From the NCBI RefSeq assembly GCF_056746865.1, contig NZ_CM163382.1: a stretch of 64,000 nucleotides of DNA. One strand, 5' to 3'. The notes beneath the pieces were generated by a model. The model had not been told where the DNA came from. It ran no database searches and worked only from the letters and a program-made list of their open reading frames with translations. Positions within the stretch are counted from its first letter, which is position 1. Every line of letters starts with the position of its first letter. Both the position numbers and the translations under genes were made by a program. Shown piece by piece: positions 22,933 through 37,846 of the stretch.

Positions 22933-23113
22933 AAATTGTTTTGCTGCCAAACCTCATGGGTGGCAACGGGGCGCTACTATAGGGAGTTGGAGTAAAACGG
23001 TCAAGAAGAATTTTAATGATAATTATTGTTTGCTCATACTGTAAACAAGTTGTGCAGTATATCTACATCGAGACAAGTTATGGATTTATACTTCCAAAGT
23101 ACTTCATACATAT

Positions 23114-23148
23114 CACAAAATAAAAAGGCCGGTTAAACCGACCTTTTA
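23114..23148 (-). terminator. Putative terminator downstream of infA
   Basis: Hairpin aaaggccggtt-taa-accgaccttt (one G-U pair) with an A-run on + upstream, giving a T-run on the minus strand. Confidence 0.5.
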
Positions 23149-23185
23149 CTCGTTCTTTCTCTTCGCCCATCAGGCGGTAAAACAA

Positions 23186-23407
<222 letters not shown>

Positions 23408-23688
23408 ATCCTCTGGGGTATCACTACCGTAATTTGAACCGGCAAGATAATGCCGAAGTTCTGTAAATAAGTAAAGATTTGCGCGCTAAATCGCAACAAA
23501 CAGGTTCGGCACATTACTCCGAAAACACACGGCTAAGCCGCACCAAAAGCGCAACGTATAAGGGAGCGGTGAGATAAACGATGGGCGTTACCTGACGCGA
23601 AAAATTCCTTATCGGCAGCGGGGTAATGAGCGTAACCAACTCTGCGACCGCAATTATAACACTCTGGGGAGAAATGTGCCGAAAACAT

Positions 23689-24393
23689 TCATTCTTGTGG
23701 TGAAAACAAGCACCGTGGTACCCAGAAATTATTCGGCAATCGTCCGAGGCGCATTTGATTGAGATAATTGAGGTAATCCCGGCGGGGAATTTCGCAGGCA
23801 CCAAGCGACGCTGTGTGATCGTTAAGGACCTGGCAGTCGATAAGTTTACCGCCATGACCAATAAATTCCTCACAGAATACCAGAAGCGCCGTTTTAGACG
23901 CATTTTCCATCCGGCTGAACATGGACTCGCCACAAAATAGCGTTCCCTGGGCCACGCCGTACATACCGCCGACAAGCTCATCTTCACGCCAGACTTCAAT
24001 AGAGTGGGCATGACCGAGTTCGTGAAGGCGATGGTAGGCTTCGACCACGCCACGCGTGATCCAGGTTCCTTCTTCGCGATCGCTGGCACAGCCTTCAATG
24101 ACCTGACCAAAAGCGTAATTCATCGTGACTCGATAGGGCGAGCGTTTATGAAATCGCTTCATACTACGGCTGATATGCAGTGATTCAGGCCAAAGCACCG
24201 CGCGAGGATCGGGCGACCACCAGAGGATGGGGTCGCCTGGAGAAAACCACGGAAAAATACCACGCTGGTAAGCCATTAACAGGCGCGCAGGGCTAAGATC
24301 GCCCCCCAGTGCCAGCAGGCCGTTAGGCTCACGTAATGCGCCTTCCGGGGAAGGGAAGGCTATTGAATGGCGAGAAAGCTGAACCAGGCGCAT
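23689..24393 (-). CDS. aat: Leucyl/phenylalanyl-tRNA--protein transferase
   Basis: 234 aa [50 protein letters not shown]. Confidence 0.92.
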
Positions 24394-24434
24394 GACCGCA
24401 AAACTCCACGCAAGTCGGATCGTTCAATAATAGC

Positions 24435-26156
24435 TTACAAACCCTGCTTGAACTGGTAATAACGCCCCTGTCTGGCAAGCAGTTCTGCGTGAGTACCTTG
24501 CTCAATAATTTGCCCGTTGTCCATCACTATTATTTGTTGGAAACGAGAGAGTCCGCGAAGTCGATGGGTGACCATTAACACCGTTTTCTCATGCATCATT
24601 TCTGCAAGCAATTCAAGGATCTGACTTTCGGTTGTGGCATCTAAGCCTTCTGTAGGTTCATCCAGCAATACCAGCGGCGCATCATGTAACAGCGCACGGG
24701 CGATAGCCAGACGGCGCAGTTCACCACCGGAGAGCTGGCGTCCGCCTTCACCCAACCAACTGTTGAGACCTGCATCCTCGAGCAGCTTCTCCAGACCAAC
24801 GCGACGCAAGATCTCCGCCAGAGCCTCATCACTACTGCCAGGTGAGGCGAGTAACAGATTATCACGCAGCGTGGCGCTAAACAGATGCACTCGCTGAGGA
24901 ACAACGCTGATGGTCTGTCGTAGAGCCGCTTCATTCAGGCTGGCTATGGGGCTATCGTTAAGCAAAATCTTGCCTTGTTGCGGGTCCCATGCGCGGGTCA
25001 GCAGTTGTAACAGTGTTGATTTGCCGCATCCGGTTCGCCCGAGAATCGCTATATGTTCCCCGGCGTTTACCTGAAGAGAAATCCCTTTAAGTGCCTGTTG
25101 GGATTGCTCCGGATAAGTGAATTGAACATCCCGTAACGTCAGCGAAACGCGATCGGCAACACGAGTTTGGGTATCAGGGAAGGTGACTTCCGGTTTTTGA
25201 TCCGTTAAGTCAGTGATCCGAACGGCAGAGGCAATGACTTGCCCCAGATGCTGAAATGCACCCGTTACTGGTGCCAGTGCTTCAAACGCGGCTAACGCGC
25301 AGAAGACAAACAGGGCAATTAACGCGCCGGGTTGAGCATTGCCGCCAACGCCGCCAGACGCCATCCACAGCATCAGGATCACCGCTAACGCGCCAATGAG
25401 CAGCATTATCGCTTGCGACAATGCGGTGAGTTCAGATTGACGACGTTGCGCTTCCAGCCACTGAATTTCGGTATTCTCTAACTGCGTGCGATAACGATCG
25501 CTGGCACCAAAAATGGTCAGCTCAGCTTGCCCTTGCAGCCAGGCCGTCAGTTGTTGGCGATACTGCCCGCGAAGATGAGTCAGATTTTGCCCGGTGCTTT
25601 TTCCCGCACGATAAAACAGTGGTGGCATAAGGAAAAGCGTCAGTAACATAATGCCGCCCAGCGTAAAGGCGAGGGTGAAATCAAGGAAACTTAACCCGAT
25701 TGTCACCACCATAATCACCACAAAAGCGCCCACCAGCGGCGAGATAACGCGCAGGTAAAGATGATCGAGCGTATCAACATCCGCCACCACGCGGTTGAGC
25801 AATTCGCCCTGACGATAGCGCGCCAGTCCTGCAGGGGAGAGGGGCAGCAATTTGCTGAAGGTATAAATGCGCAGATGCTGCAACACGCGGAAAGTCGCGT
25901 CGTGACTTACCAGACGTTCAAAATAGCGCCCGGCAGTACGGGTGATTGCTGCACCACGCACGCCCGCAGCGGGTAGCATATAGTTGAAGCTGTACAGTCC
26001 GGCAACCCCCGCTACCGCTGAGGCCGAGAGGAACCAGCCGGAAAGTGTCAACAGACCGATACTGGCGAGCAGCGTGACAATTGCCAGCACAATACCAAGA
26101 CTTAACATCCATTTATGACGTTTATACAGTGCCAGATAGGGTAGCAAAGCGCGCAT
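24435..26156 (-). CDS. cydC: Cysteine/glutathione ABC exporter subunit CydC
   Basis: 573 aa; N-terminal transmembrane domain, Walker A GRTGCGKSTLL and ABC signature LSGGELRRLAIARAL; abuts cydD. Confidence 0.93.
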   Translation of the reverse strand: MRALLPYLALYKRHKWMLSLGIVLAIVTLLASIGLLTLSGWFLSASAVAGVAGLYSFNYMLPAAGVRGAAITRTAGRYFERLVSHDATFRVLQHLRIYTFSKLLPLSPAGLARYRQGELLNRVVADVDTLDHLYLRVISPLVGAFVVIMVVTIGLSFLDFTLAFTLGGIMLLTLFLMPPLFYRAGKSTGQNLTHLRGQYRQQLTAWLQGQAELTIFGASDRYRTQLENTEIQWLEAQRRQSELTALSQAIMLLIGALAVILMLWMASGGVGGNAQPGALIALFVFCALAAFEALAPVTGAFQHLGQVIASAVRITDLTDQKPEVTFPDTQTRVADRVSLTLRDVQFTYPEQSQQALKGISLQVNAGEHIAILGRTGCGKSTLLQLLTRAWDPQQGKILLNDSPIASLNEAALRQTISVVPQRVHLFSATLRDNLLLASPGSSDEALAEILRRVGLEKLLEDAGLNSWLGEGGRQLSGGELRRLAIARALLHDAPLVLLDEPTEGLDATTESQILELLAEMMHEKTVLMVTHRLRGLSRFQQIIVMDNGQIIEQGTHAELLARQGRYYQFKQGL

Positions 26157-27923
26157 TTAAATCTCCTCCTGACGATGGGCCAGTAATGTGGCGAATGGGC
26201 CACCAGCCACACTTAATTCCGCGTAACGTCCTTGCTCAATAATCTGACCATCCTGCATTACCCAAATGACATCCCAGTCAGCAAGATCTTCTAACTGGTG
26301 GGTGACCATTAACGTTGTCTGGCGCAGAGAGGCGGCATTAAGCGCCTCCATTACGCGCTGTTCACTGTGAGCATCAAGGCTGGCAGCGGGTTCATCCAAC
26401 AGTAATAGCGAACAGGGATTTAGTAATGCTCGGGCCACCGCCACGCGCTGTGCCTGCCCCACGGAAAGGCGGGCAGCCTGGTCGCCAACAGGCGTATCAA
26501 CGCCTTGTGGCAGGAGCGGTAGAAACTCACTGACCCAGGCGTTATCCAGCGCTGTTTGTAACTCGTGTTCGCTGGCATCAGGTCGTGCCAGTAGTACGTT
26601 ATCCCGTAGTGTTGCTGCCGGTAATTGTGGGTTTTGCCCAACCCAGGAGAGATGTTTACGCCATGATTCCGGTGATAAATCGCGTAATTCTATCCCGTTG
26701 ATTCGTAGCGATCCCTGATATGAGAGAAAACCAGAAAGCGCGTTCAGCAGTGAGCTTTTACCTGAACCGCTGCGACCAACCAACACTGCACGTTGGCCTG
26801 CTGGCAAAGTAAAGTTCAGCGGTCCAGCCAGCGTTTTACCTTCTGGTGATGTAATAAACAGATCCTCGGCTTCAATGGTCACCGGATCGGTTGATGCTAA
26901 TTCCGCCTCACCACGTTGCGGATGGGCGAGCGGGGTTTCCATAAACGTTTTCAGACTGTCAGCTGCGCCAACAGCCTGGGCTTTAGCATGATAAAACGTA
27001 CCGAGATCGCGTAATGGCTGGAAAAACTCCGGCGCAAGGATCAGGGCCAGAAAACCCGCAGCCAGCGTCACGCCAGTATCATAGTGACCAAAATCCAGCT
27101 CGCCGAGATAGGAAAAACCAAAGTAGACCGCCACCAGAGCAATTGACAGCGAGGTAAAAAATTCGAGAATGCCGGAGGATAAAAACGCCAGCCGTAGCAC
27201 TTCCATTGTCCGTTGGCGGAAATCTTCCGAAGCAGAACGAATACTTTCAATTTCAGCTTCACCACGACCAAAAATACGCAATGTTTCCATGCCGCGCAGG
27301 CGATCGAGAAAATGCCCACTTAAGCGAGCAAGAGCGAGAAAGTTACGTCGGTTAGCATCGGCAGCCCCCATTCCAACCAGCGCCATAAACAACGGAATTA
27401 ACGGAGCAGTGCCCAGCAGAATGAGCGCCGCAGCCCAGTTAGAGGGGAAGATAGCCACCACAATCAGCAACGGCACCGACACTGCCAGCGCCATTTGCGG
27501 CAGGTAGCGTGCATAGTAATCATGCATATCGTCAATTTGCTCGAGTACCAGCGTCGCCCAGCTCCCCGCCGGTTTACCCTGAATCCACGCTGGCCCTGCT
27601 TGTTGCAGACGGTCGAGAACCTGACGGCGGATGGCAAAGCGGATATGCTGCCCGGCGTGATAACCCACCCGTTCGCGTAACCAGACCACCCATGCGCGCA
27701 GTACAAAGGTCAGAACCAGTAACGTAAAGGGAAGCAGCAGGGCTTCACGGGGAATATTCTCCATAATCATATGTTGCAGAATTCGCGCCATGAACCAGGC
27801 CTGGGCAATGATCAATATGCCGCTCACAAAGCCCAGCAGACGAGAAATATTCAGCCAACGTTGGGAGATGACGCTTTGCTGTTTTAACCAGCGGGTTAAC
27901 TCTTTTTGACGGGATTTATTCAT
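26157..27923 (-). CDS. cydD: Cysteine/glutathione ABC exporter subunit CydD
   Basis: 588 aa; Walker [12 protein letters not shown] and signature LSVGQAQRVAVARAL. Confidence 0.93.
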   Translation of the reverse strand: MNKSRQKELTRWLKQQSVISQRWLNISRLLGFVSGILIIAQAWFMARILQHMIMENIPREALLLPFTLLVLTFVLRAWVVWLRERVGYHAGQHIRFAIRRQVLDRLQQAGPAWIQGKPAGSWATLVLEQIDDMHDYYARYLPQMALAVSVPLLIVVAIFPSNWAAALILLGTAPLIPLFMALVGMGAADANRRNFLALARLSGHFLDRLRGMETLRIFGRGEAEIESIRSASEDFRQRTMEVLRLAFLSSGILEFFTSLSIALVAVYFGFSYLGELDFGHYDTGVTLAAGFLALILAPEFFQPLRDLGTFYHAKAQAVGAADSLKTFMETPLAHPQRGEAELASTDPVTIEAEDLFITSPEGKTLAGPLNFTLPAGQRAVLVGRSGSGKSSLLNALSGFLSYQGSLRINGIELRDLSPESWRKHLSWVGQNPQLPAATLRDNVLLARPDASEHELQTALDNAWVSEFLPLLPQGVDTPVGDQAARLSVGQAQRVAVARALLNPCSLLLLDEPAASLDAHSEQRVMEALNAASLRQTTLMVTHQLEDLADWDVIWVMQDGQIIEQGRYAELSVAGGPFATLLAHRQEEI

Positions 27924-27977
27924 TGCACGCTTAGCAGGTGAGTTATCAGAATTATTTGCAGAGCAATGTTACAACGA

Positions 27978-28018
27978 GGAAAAAATAAAGGCGACCCATA
28001 GTCGCATGGTGTCGCCTT
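27978..28018 (-). terminator. Putative rho-independent terminator of trxB
   Basis: Hairpin aaggcgac...gtcgcctt with an A-run on + upstream (T-run on the minus strand), ~30 bp past the trxB stop. Confidence 0.55.
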
Positions 28019-28045
28019 CTTTACTTTTGTTACTGATTTGTAAAA

Positions 28046-29128
<1,083 letters not shown>

Positions 29129-29556
29129 TCAAATTCTCCCGTCATTATCACCTCTGCTACTTAAATTTCCCGCTTTATAAGCCAATTAAATGATGAATAA
29201 ACGCCTCTGGTAATGAATATCTGGCATGTTGTACTAAAAATCGATGTTTTGCTTTGACAATCCCCTGGTGTTTTGCGAAAACATTCGAGGAAGAAAAAAA
29301 AACAGTATTCTTATATGCGCATAACCATGCATGTAAATACCATGTTTACCGTGCTAGTGAAATCTACGTATGGCGTGGACAGACGCCATTCGTGATGTCG
29401 ATAGCTGCCACAAGGCAACGGTCTTCTCACCGTAGACCCAGGCATTGCGCGCCGTGAATCTTCATGATTTCGGTCTATCGTGACGGGTAGCGACTCTGAA
29501 CAGTGATGTTTCAGGGTCAGACAGGAGTAGGGAAGGAATACAGAGAGACAATAATA

Positions 29557-30051
29557 ATGGTAGATAGCAAGAAGCGCCCTGGCAAAGATCTCGACCGTAT
29601 CGATCGTAACATTCTTAATGAGTTGCAAAAGGATGGGCGTATTTCTAACGTCGAGCTTTCTAAACGTGTGGGACTTTCCCCAACGCCGTGCCTTGAGCGT
29701 GTGCGTCGGCTGGAAAGACAAGGGTTTATTCAGGGCTATACGGCGCTGCTGAACCCCCATTATCTGGATGCATCACTTCTGGTATTCGTTGAGATTACTC
29801 TGAATCGTGGCGCACCGGATGTGTTTGAACAATTCAATACCGCTGTACAAAAACTTGAAGAAATTCAGGAGTGTCATTTAGTATCCGGTGATTTCGACTA
29901 CCTGTTGAAAACACGCGTGCCGGATATGTCAGCTTACCGTAAGTTGCTGGGGGAAACCCTGCTGCGTCTGCCTGGCGTCAATGACACACGGACATACGTT
30001 GTTATGGAAGAAGTCAAGCAGAGTAATCGTCTGGTTATTAAGACGCGCTAA
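29557..30051 (+). CDS. lrp: Leucine-responsive regulatory protein
   Basis: ORF 29503..30051; start at MVDSKKRPGKDLDRIDRNILNELQKDGRISNVELSKRVGLSPTPCLERVRRLE gives 164 aa; AsnC-type HTH. Confidence 0.96.
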   Translation: MVDSKKRPGKDLDRIDRNILNELQKDGRISNVELSKRVGLSPTPCLERVRRLERQGFIQGYTALLNPHYLDASLLVFVEITLNRGAPDVFEQFNTAVQKLEEIQECHLVSGDFDYLLKTRVPDMSAYRKLLGETLLRLPGVNDTRTYVVMEEVKQSNRLVIKTR

Positions 30052-30185
30052 CACGGAACAGGTGCAAAATCGGCGTATTTTGATTACACTCCTGTTAATC
30101 CATACAGCAACAGTACTGGGGTAACCTGGTACTGTTGTCCGTTTTAGCATCGGGCAGGAAAAGCCTGTAACCTGGAGAGCCTTTC

Positions 30186-33100
30186 TTGAGCCAGGAATAC
30201 ACTGAAGACAAAGAAGTCACATTGACAAAGTTAAGTAGCGGCCGCCGCCTTCTGGAGGCGTTGCTGATCCTTATTGTCCTGTTTGCCGTCTGGTTGATGG
30301 CTGCCTTACTAAGCTTTAACCCTTCGGACCCCAGCTGGTCGCAAACGGCCTGGCATGAACCTATCCATAATTTAGGTGGGATGCCCGGTGCGTGGCTGGC
30401 AGATACGCTGTTCTTTATTTTTGGCGTGATGGCTTACACCATTCCCGTCATTATTGTCGGCGGTTGTTGGTTTGCCTGGCGTCATCAGTCCAGCGACGAA
30501 TACATTGATTATTTTGCCGTTTCGCTACGCATCATTGGCGTTTTGGCGCTCATCCTTACCTCCTGTGGTCTGGCGGCAATCAACGCTGACGATATCTGGT
30601 ATTTTGCCTCCGGTGGCGTCATTGGCAGCTTACTAAGCACTACGCTACAACCACTGCTACACAGTAGCGGGGGAACTATTGCGCTGCTCTGCGTTTGGGC
30701 AGCGGGCCTGACGCTGTTCACCGGTTGGTCATGGGTGACCATTGCTGAAAAACTCGGCGGCTGGATTTTAAATATTCTTACCTTCGCCAGTAATCGTACC
30801 CGTCGCGATGATACCTGGGTCGATGAAGATGAGTATGAAGATGACGAAGAGTATGAAGATGAAAATCACGGCAAACAGCATGAATCACGCCGTGCTCGTA
30901 TTCTTCGCGGCGCGCTAGCGCGTCGTAAACGGTTGGCGGAAAAATTCATTAATCCGATGGGGCGGCAAACAGACGCTGCGTTGTTCTCCGGTAAGCGGAT
31001 GGATGATGACGAAGAGATTACCTACACTGCACGCGGTGTGGCTGCCGACCCTGACGACGTCCTCTTTTCGGGCAATCGTGCAACGCAGCCAGAATATGAC
31101 GAGTACGATCCATTATTAAACGGTGCGCCAATTACCGAACCTGTTGCTGTAGCAGCTGCTGCTACCACGGCGACGCAAAGCTGGGCTGCACCGGTTGAAC
31201 CTGTGACTCAGACGCCATCTGTTGCCTCTGTTGATGTTGCACCTGCACAACCTACAGTAGCCTGGCAGCCTGTACCGGGGCCACAAACGGGAGAGCCGGT
31301 GATTGCTCCTGCACCGGAAGGTTACCCACAGCAGCCACAATATGCGCAGCCTGCAGTGCAATATAATGAGCCGCTGCAACAACCTGTACAGCCACAGCAG
31401 CCGTATTATGCGCCTGCGGCGGAACAACCTGTTCAGCAACCGTATTACGCAACTGCGCCGGAACAGTCTGCGCAACAGTCGTATTACGCCCCTGCGCCAG
31501 AACAATCGGTGGCAGGTAACGCCTGGCAAGCCGAAGAGCAGCAATCCACTTTTGCTCCACAGTCTACATACCAGACTGAGCAAACTTATCAGCAGCCAGT
31601 CGCTCAGGAGCCGTTGTACCAACAGCCGCAACCTGTTGAACAGCAGCCTGTTGTGGAGCCTGAACCCGTTGTAGAAGAGACAAAACCCGCGCGTCCGCCG
31701 CTTTACTACTTTGAAGAAGTGGAAGAGAAGCGAGCCCGTGAACGTGAACAACTTGCGGCCTGGTATCAACCGATTCCAGAACCGGTTAAAGAACCAGAAC
31801 CGATCAAATCTTCGCTGAAAGCACCTTCTGTTGCAGCAGTACCTCCAGTAGAAGCCGCTGCCGCTGTTTCTCCGCTGGCATCTGGCGTGAAAAAAGCGAC
31901 ACTGGCGACGGGGGCTGCCGCAACCGTTGCCGCGCCAGTCTTCAGTCTGGCAAATAGCGGTGGACCGCGTCCGCAGGTCAAAGAGGGGATTGGCCCGCAG
32001 TTGCCACGACCGAAACGTATCCGCGTGCCAACTCGTCGTGAATTGGCGTCTTACGGTATTAAGCTGCCCTCACAGCGTGCGGCGGAAGAAAAAGCCCGTG
32101 AAGCCCAGCGCAATCAGTACGATTCTGGCGATCAGTACAACGATGATGAAATCGATGCGATGCAGCAGGATGAACTGGCACGTCAGTTCGCCCAGACACA
32201 GCAGCAACGCTATGGCGAACAGTATCAACATGATGTGCCCGTAAACGCAGAAGATGCAGATGCTGCGGCAGAGGCTGAACTGGCTCGTCAGTTTGCGCAA
32301 ACTCAACAACAACGTTATTCCGGCGAACAACCGGCTGGGGCGAATCCGTTCTCGCTGGATGATTTTGAATTTTCGCCAATGAAAGCGTTGCTGGATGATG
32401 GTCCACACGAACCGTTGTTTACGCCAATTGTTGAACCTGTACAGCAGCCGCAACAACCGGTTGCACCGCAGCAGCAGTATCAGCAGCCACAACAGCCGGT
32501 TGCGCCACAGCAGCAATATCAGCAGCCGCAACAGCCGGTTGCGCCGCAGCAGCAGTATCAGCAGCCACAACAGCAGGTTGCGCCGCAGCCACAATATCAG
32601 CAGCCGCAACAACCGGTTGCGCCACAGCAGCAATATCAGCAGCCGCAACAGCCGGTTGCGCCGCAGCAGCAGTATCAACAGCTGCAACAACCGGTTGCAC
32701 CGCAGCCGCAGTATCAGCAGCCACAACAGCCAGTTGCGCCACAGCCGCAGGATACCCTGCTTCATCCGCTGTTGATGCGCAATGGTGACAGCCGTCCGTT
32801 GCATAAACCGACGACGCCGCTGCCTTCTCTGGATTTGCTGACGCCGCCGCCGAGCGAAGTGGAGCCGGTAGATACCTTTGCGCTTGAACAAATGGCGCGC
32901 CTGGTGGAAGCGCGTCTGGCTGATTTCCGTATTAAAGCCGATGTCGTCAATTACTCTCCGGGGCCGGTTATCACTCGCTTTGAACTTAACCTGGCACCGG
33001 GCGTAAAAGCGGCGCGCATTTCTAACTTGTCACGGGACCTTGCCCGTTCACTTTCGACGGTGGCGGTGCGTGTCGTTGAAGTTATTCCTGGCAAACCCTA

Positions 33101-34292
33101 TGTAGGTCTGGAGTTACCGAATAAAAAACGACAAACCGTTTATCTGCGCGAAGTATTGGATAACGCCAAATTCCGCGATAATCCGTCGCCATTAACCGTG
33201 GTGCTGGGTAAAGATATCGCCGGTGAGCCGGTGGTTGCCGATCTGGCGAAAATGCCGCACTTGTTGGTTGCGGGGACTACCGGTTCCGGTAAGTCTGTCG
33301 GGGTGAACGCGATGATCCTGAGCATGCTTTATAAAGCACAGCCAGAAGATGTGCGTTTCATCATGATCGACCCGAAAATGCTGGAGCTTTCGGTTTATGA
33401 AGGCATTCCGCATCTGTTAACGGAAGTCGTTACCGACATGAAAGATGCTGCCAACGCTTTGCGCTGGTGCGTAAATGAAATGGAACGTCGTTATAAGCTG
33501 ATGTCCGCCCTAGGTGTGCGTAATCTGGCGGGTTATAACGAAAAAATTGCTGAAGCCGATCGCATGATGCGTCCGATTCCAGACCCGTACTGGAAGCCGG
33601 GTGACAGTATGGATGCCCAGCATCCGGTGCTGAAAAAAGAACCGTACATTGTGGTGTTGGTGGACGAATTTGCCGACCTGATGATGACGGTAGGTAAAAA
33701 AGTGGAAGAGCTTATAGCACGTCTGGCGCAAAAAGCCCGTGCCGCGGGTATCCACCTCGTACTGGCAACGCAGCGTCCATCGGTTGATGTTATTACTGGT
33801 CTGATTAAAGCGAATATTCCGACCCGTATCGCCTTTACCGTATCCAGTAAGATTGACTCACGTACCATTCTTGATCAGGCTGGCGCGGAATCACTGCTGG
33901 GTATGGGGGATATGCTTTACTCTGGGCCGAACTCCACGTTGCCGGTACGTGTTCATGGTGCTTTTGTTCGCGATCAGGAAGTTCATGCCGTGGTGCAGGA
34001 CTGGAAAGCGCGTGGTCGCCCACAGTATGTTGATGGCATCACCTCCGACAGTGAAAGCGAAGGTGGCGCGGGCGGTTTCGATGGCGCTGAAGAACTGGAT
34101 CCGTTGTTCGATCAGGCGGTGCAGTTTGTCACTGAAAAACGCAAAGCATCAATTTCTGGCGTACAGCGTCAGTTCCGCATTGGTTATAACCGTGCAGCGC
34201 GTATTATCGAACAGATGGAAGCGCAGGGGATTGTCAGCGAACAGGGGCACAACGGTAATCGTGAAGTGCTGGCCCCACCGCCGTTTGACTAA
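30186..34292 (+). CDS. ftsK: DNA translocase FtsK
   Basis: 1368 aa (likely TTG start) [29 protein letters not shown]; N-terminal membrane domain, long PQ-rich linker, C-terminal motor with Walker A GTTGSGKS and winged-helix gamma domain. Confidence 0.95.
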   Translation: MSQEYTEDKEVTLTKLSSGRRLLEALLILIVLFAVWLMAALLSFNPSDPSWSQTAWHEPIHNLGGMPGAWLADTLFFIFGVMAYTIPVIIVGGCWFAWRHQSSDEYIDYFAVSLRIIGVLALILTSCGLAAINADDIWYFASGGVIGSLLSTTLQPLLHSSGGTIALLCVWAAGLTLFTGWSWVTIAEKLGGWILNILTFASNRTRRDDTWVDEDEYEDDEEYEDENHGKQHESRRARILRGALARRKRLAEKFINPMGRQTDAALFSGKRMDDDEEITYTARGVAADPDDVLFSGNRATQPEYDEYDPLLNGAPITEPVAVAAAATTATQSWAAPVEPVTQTPSVASVDVAPAQPTVAWQPVPGPQTGEPVIAPAPEGYPQQPQYAQPAVQYNEPLQQPVQPQQPYYAPAAEQPVQQPYYATAPEQSAQQSYYAPAPEQSVAGNAWQAEEQQSTFAPQSTYQTEQTYQQPVAQEPLYQQPQPVEQQPVVEPEPVVEETKPARPPLYYFEEVEEKRAREREQLAAWYQPIPEPVKEPEPIKSSLKAPSVAAVPPVEAAAAVSPLASGVKKATLATGAAATVAAPVFSLANSGGPRPQVKEGIGPQLPRPKRIRVPTRRELASYGIKLPSQRAAEEKAREAQRNQYDSGDQYNDDEIDAMQQDELARQFAQTQQQRYGEQYQHDVPVNAEDADAAAEAELARQFAQTQQQRYSGEQPAGANPFSLDDFEFSPMKALLDDGPHEPLFTPIVEPVQQPQQPVAPQQQYQQPQQPVAPQQQYQQPQQPVAPQQQYQQPQQQVAPQPQYQQPQQPVAPQQQYQQPQQPVAPQQQYQQLQQPVAPQPQYQQPQQPVAPQPQDTLLHPLLMRNGDSRPLHKPTTPLPSLDLLTPPPSEVEPVDTFALEQMARLVEARLADFRIKADVVNYSPGPVITRFELNLAPGVKAARISNLSRDLARSLSTVAVRVVEVIPGKPYVGLELPNKKRQTVYLREVLDNAKFRDNPSPLTVVLGKDIAGEPVVADLAKMPHLLVAGTTGSGKSVGVNAMILSMLYKAQPEDVRFIMIDPKMLELSVYEGIPHLLTEVVTDMKDAANALRWCVNEMERRYKLMSALGVRNLAGYNEKIAEADRMMRPIPDPYWKPGDSMDAQHPVLKKEPYIVVLVDEFADLMMTVGKKVEELIARLAQKARAAGIHLVLATQRPSVDVITGLIKANIPTRIAFTVSSKIDSRTILDQAGAESLLGMGDMLYSGPNSTLPVRVHGAFVRDQEVHAVVQDWKARGRPQYVDGITSDSESEGGAGGFDGAEELDPLFDQAVQFVTEKRKASISGVQRQFRIGYNRAARIIEQMEAQGIVSEQGHNGNREVLAPPPFD
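32443..32750 (+). repeat. In-frame 39-bp tandem repeat (~8 units) encoding the ([13 protein letters not shown])n linker of FtsK
   Basis: Near-identical 39-bp units cagcagccgcaacagccggttgcgccgcagcagcagtat...; the protein shows 8 consecutive 13-aa units. Confidence 0.9.
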
Positions 34293-34298
34293 TTAATG

Positions 34299-34340
34299 CA
34301 TCGTAGGCCGGATAAGGCGCGGTAGCGTTGCATCCGGCAC
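34299..34340 (-). repeat. REP (repetitive extragenic palindromic) element
   Basis: cgtaggccggataaggcgcggtagcgttgcatccggca; the reverse complement matches the GCCGGATGC...GCCTTATCCGGCCTACG REP palindrome; sits in the ftsK-lolA spacer. Confidence 0.8.
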
Positions 34341-34450
34341 TCTATCAACTGAAAATTCAGTATTTTCTTCTTTCCTCAAGCTGATTATTAGCCTGGAATA
34401 GAGAGTAGAGGGAACTCCCGGTCGGGAGTGACGTAATTTGAGGAATAATG

Positions 34451-35062
34451 ATGAAAAAAATTGCCATCACCTGTGCATTACTCTCAAGCTTAGTAGCAAG
34501 CAGCGTTTGGGCTGATGCCGCAAGCGATCTGAAAAGCCGCCTGGATAAAGTCAGCAGCTTCCACGCCAGCTTCACACAAAAAGTGACTGACGGTAGCGGC
34601 GCGGCGGTGCAGGAAGGCCAGGGCGATCTGTGGGTGAAACGTCCAAACTTATTCAACTGGCATATGACTCAACCTGATGAAAGCATTCTGGTTTCTGACG
34701 GTAAAACACTGTGGTTCTATAACCCGTTCGTTGAGCAAGCTACGGCAACCTGGCTGAAAGATGCCACCGGTAATACGCCGTTTATGCTGATTGCCCGCAA
34801 CCAGTCCAGCGACTGGCAGCAGTACAATATCAAACAGAATGGCGATGACTTTGTCCTGACGCCGAAAGCCAGCAATGGCAATCTGAAGCAGTTCACCATT
34901 AACGTGGGACGTGATGGCACGATCCATCAGTTTAGCGCGGTGGAGCAGGACGATCAGCGCAGCAGTTATCAGCTGAAATCCCAGCAAAATGGGGCTGTGG
35001 ATGCAGCGAAATTTACCTTCACCCCGCCGCAAGGCGTCACGGTAGATGATCAACGTAAGTAG
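34451..35062 (+). CDS. lolA: Outer-membrane lipoprotein carrier protein LolA
   Basis: ORF 34448..35062; [21 protein letters not shown] signal peptide; 203 aa from the second Met. Confidence 0.93.
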
Positions 35063-35072
35063 AGGCACCTGA

Positions 35073-36416
35073 GTGAGCAATCTGTCGCTCGATTTTTCGG
35101 ATAACACTTTTCAACCTCTGGCCGCGCGTATGCGGCCAGAAAATTTAGCACAGTATATCGGTCAGCAACATTTGCTGGCTGCGGGGAAGCCGTTGCCGCG
35201 TGCAATCGAAGCCGGGCATTTGCATTCGATGATCCTCTGGGGGCCACCGGGTACCGGCAAAACAACCCTCGCTGAAGTGATTGCCCGCTATGCGAACGCT
35301 GATGTGGAACGTATTTCTGCCGTTACTTCTGGCGTGAAAGAGATTCGCGAGGCGATCGAGCGCGCTCGGCAAAACCGCAATGCTGGTCGCCGCACTATTC
35401 TTTTTGTTGACGAAGTTCACCGTTTCAACAAAAGCCAGCAGGATGCGTTTCTGCCACATATTGAAGACGGCACCATCACTTTTATTGGTGCAACCACTGA
35501 AAACCCGTCATTTGAGCTTAATTCGGCACTGCTTTCCCGTGCCCGTGTCTATCTGCTGAAATCCCTGAGTACAGAGGATATTGAGCAAGTACTGACTCAG
35601 GCGATGGAAGACAAAACCCGTGGCTATGGTGGTCAGGATATTGTTCTGCCAGATGAAACACGACGCGCCATTGCTGAACTGGTGAATGGCGACGCGCGCC
35701 GGGCGTTAAATACGCTGGAAATGATGGCGGATATGGCCGAAGTCGATGATAGCGGTAAGCGGGTCCTGAAGCCTGAATTACTGACCGAAATCGCCGGTGA
35801 ACGTAGCGCCCGCTTTGATAACAAAGGCGATCGCTTTTACGATCTCATTTCCGCACTGCATAAGTCGGTACGTGGTAGCGCACCCGATGCGGCGCTGTAC
35901 TGGTATGCACGAATTATTACTGCCGGTGGCGATCCGTTATATGTCGCGCGTCGCTGTCTGGCGATAGCGTCGGAAGATGTGGGTAATGCTGATCCACGAG
36001 CGATGCAGGTGGCAATTGCGGCCTGGGATTGCTTTACCCGAGTTGGCCCGGCGGAAGGTGAACGCGCCATTGCTCAGGCGATTGTTTACCTGGCCTGCGC
36101 GCCAAAAAGCAACGCTGTCTACACTGCGTTTAAAGCCGCGCTGGCGGATGCTCGCGAACGTCCGGATTATGACGTGCCGGTTCATTTGCGTAATGCGCCG
36201 ACGAAATTAATGAAGGAAATGGGCTACGGGCAGGAATATCGTTACGCTCATGATGAAGCAAACGCTTATGCTGCCGGTGAGGTTTATTTCCCGCCGGAAA
36301 TAGCACAAACACGCTATTATTTCCCGACAAACAGGGGCCTTGAAGGCAAGATTGGCGAAAAGCTCGCCTGGCTGGCTGAACAGGATCAAAATAGCCCCAT
36401 AAAACGCTACCGTTAA
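35073..36416 (+). CDS. rarA: Replication-associated recombination protein A (AAA+ ATPase)
   Basis: 447 aa; Walker [10 protein letters not shown]; MgsA/RarA family. Confidence 0.93.
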
Positions 36417-36485
36417 TGTTATCGTTGCGGTAATGTTGTTACTGTATCCCTGTGGTCGCAGGCTGTGGCCACATCTCCCATTTAA

Positions 36486-37799
<1,314 letters not shown>

Positions 37800-37820
37800 T
37801 ACCCAATTTTTCTGAATCTA

Positions 37821-37846
37821 AAAAGCGCCTGCGGGCGCTTTTTTTG
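37821..37846 (+). terminator. Putative rho-independent terminator of serS
   Basis: Hairpin agcgcctgcgggcgct followed by ttttttt. Confidence 0.75.

Noticed and set aside
22143-23044. Several overlapping ORFs on both strands (60-145 aa) across the CRISPR array, the tandem repeats and serW
   Set aside because: They overlap a CRISPR array, a tRNA gene and tandem DNA repeats; their similar peptide sequences simply reflect the repeated DNA, and none has a plausible start context. Treated as translation artefacts.
22026-23185. Searched for I-F cas genes (cas1, cas2-3, csy1-4) near the CRISPR array
   Set aside because: The array is bounded by clpA on one side and tandem repeats, serW and infA on the other, leaving no space for cas genes; none of the window's ORFs resembles a Cas protein.
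31116-32891. Arg/Leu-rich and Ala-rich ORFs on the minus and alternate frames across the ftsK linker (e.g. 32070..32891, 32419..32742)
   Set aside because: They are produced by the 39-bp tandem repeat read in other frames and strands; the FtsK frame is the only one continuous with conserved flanking domains.
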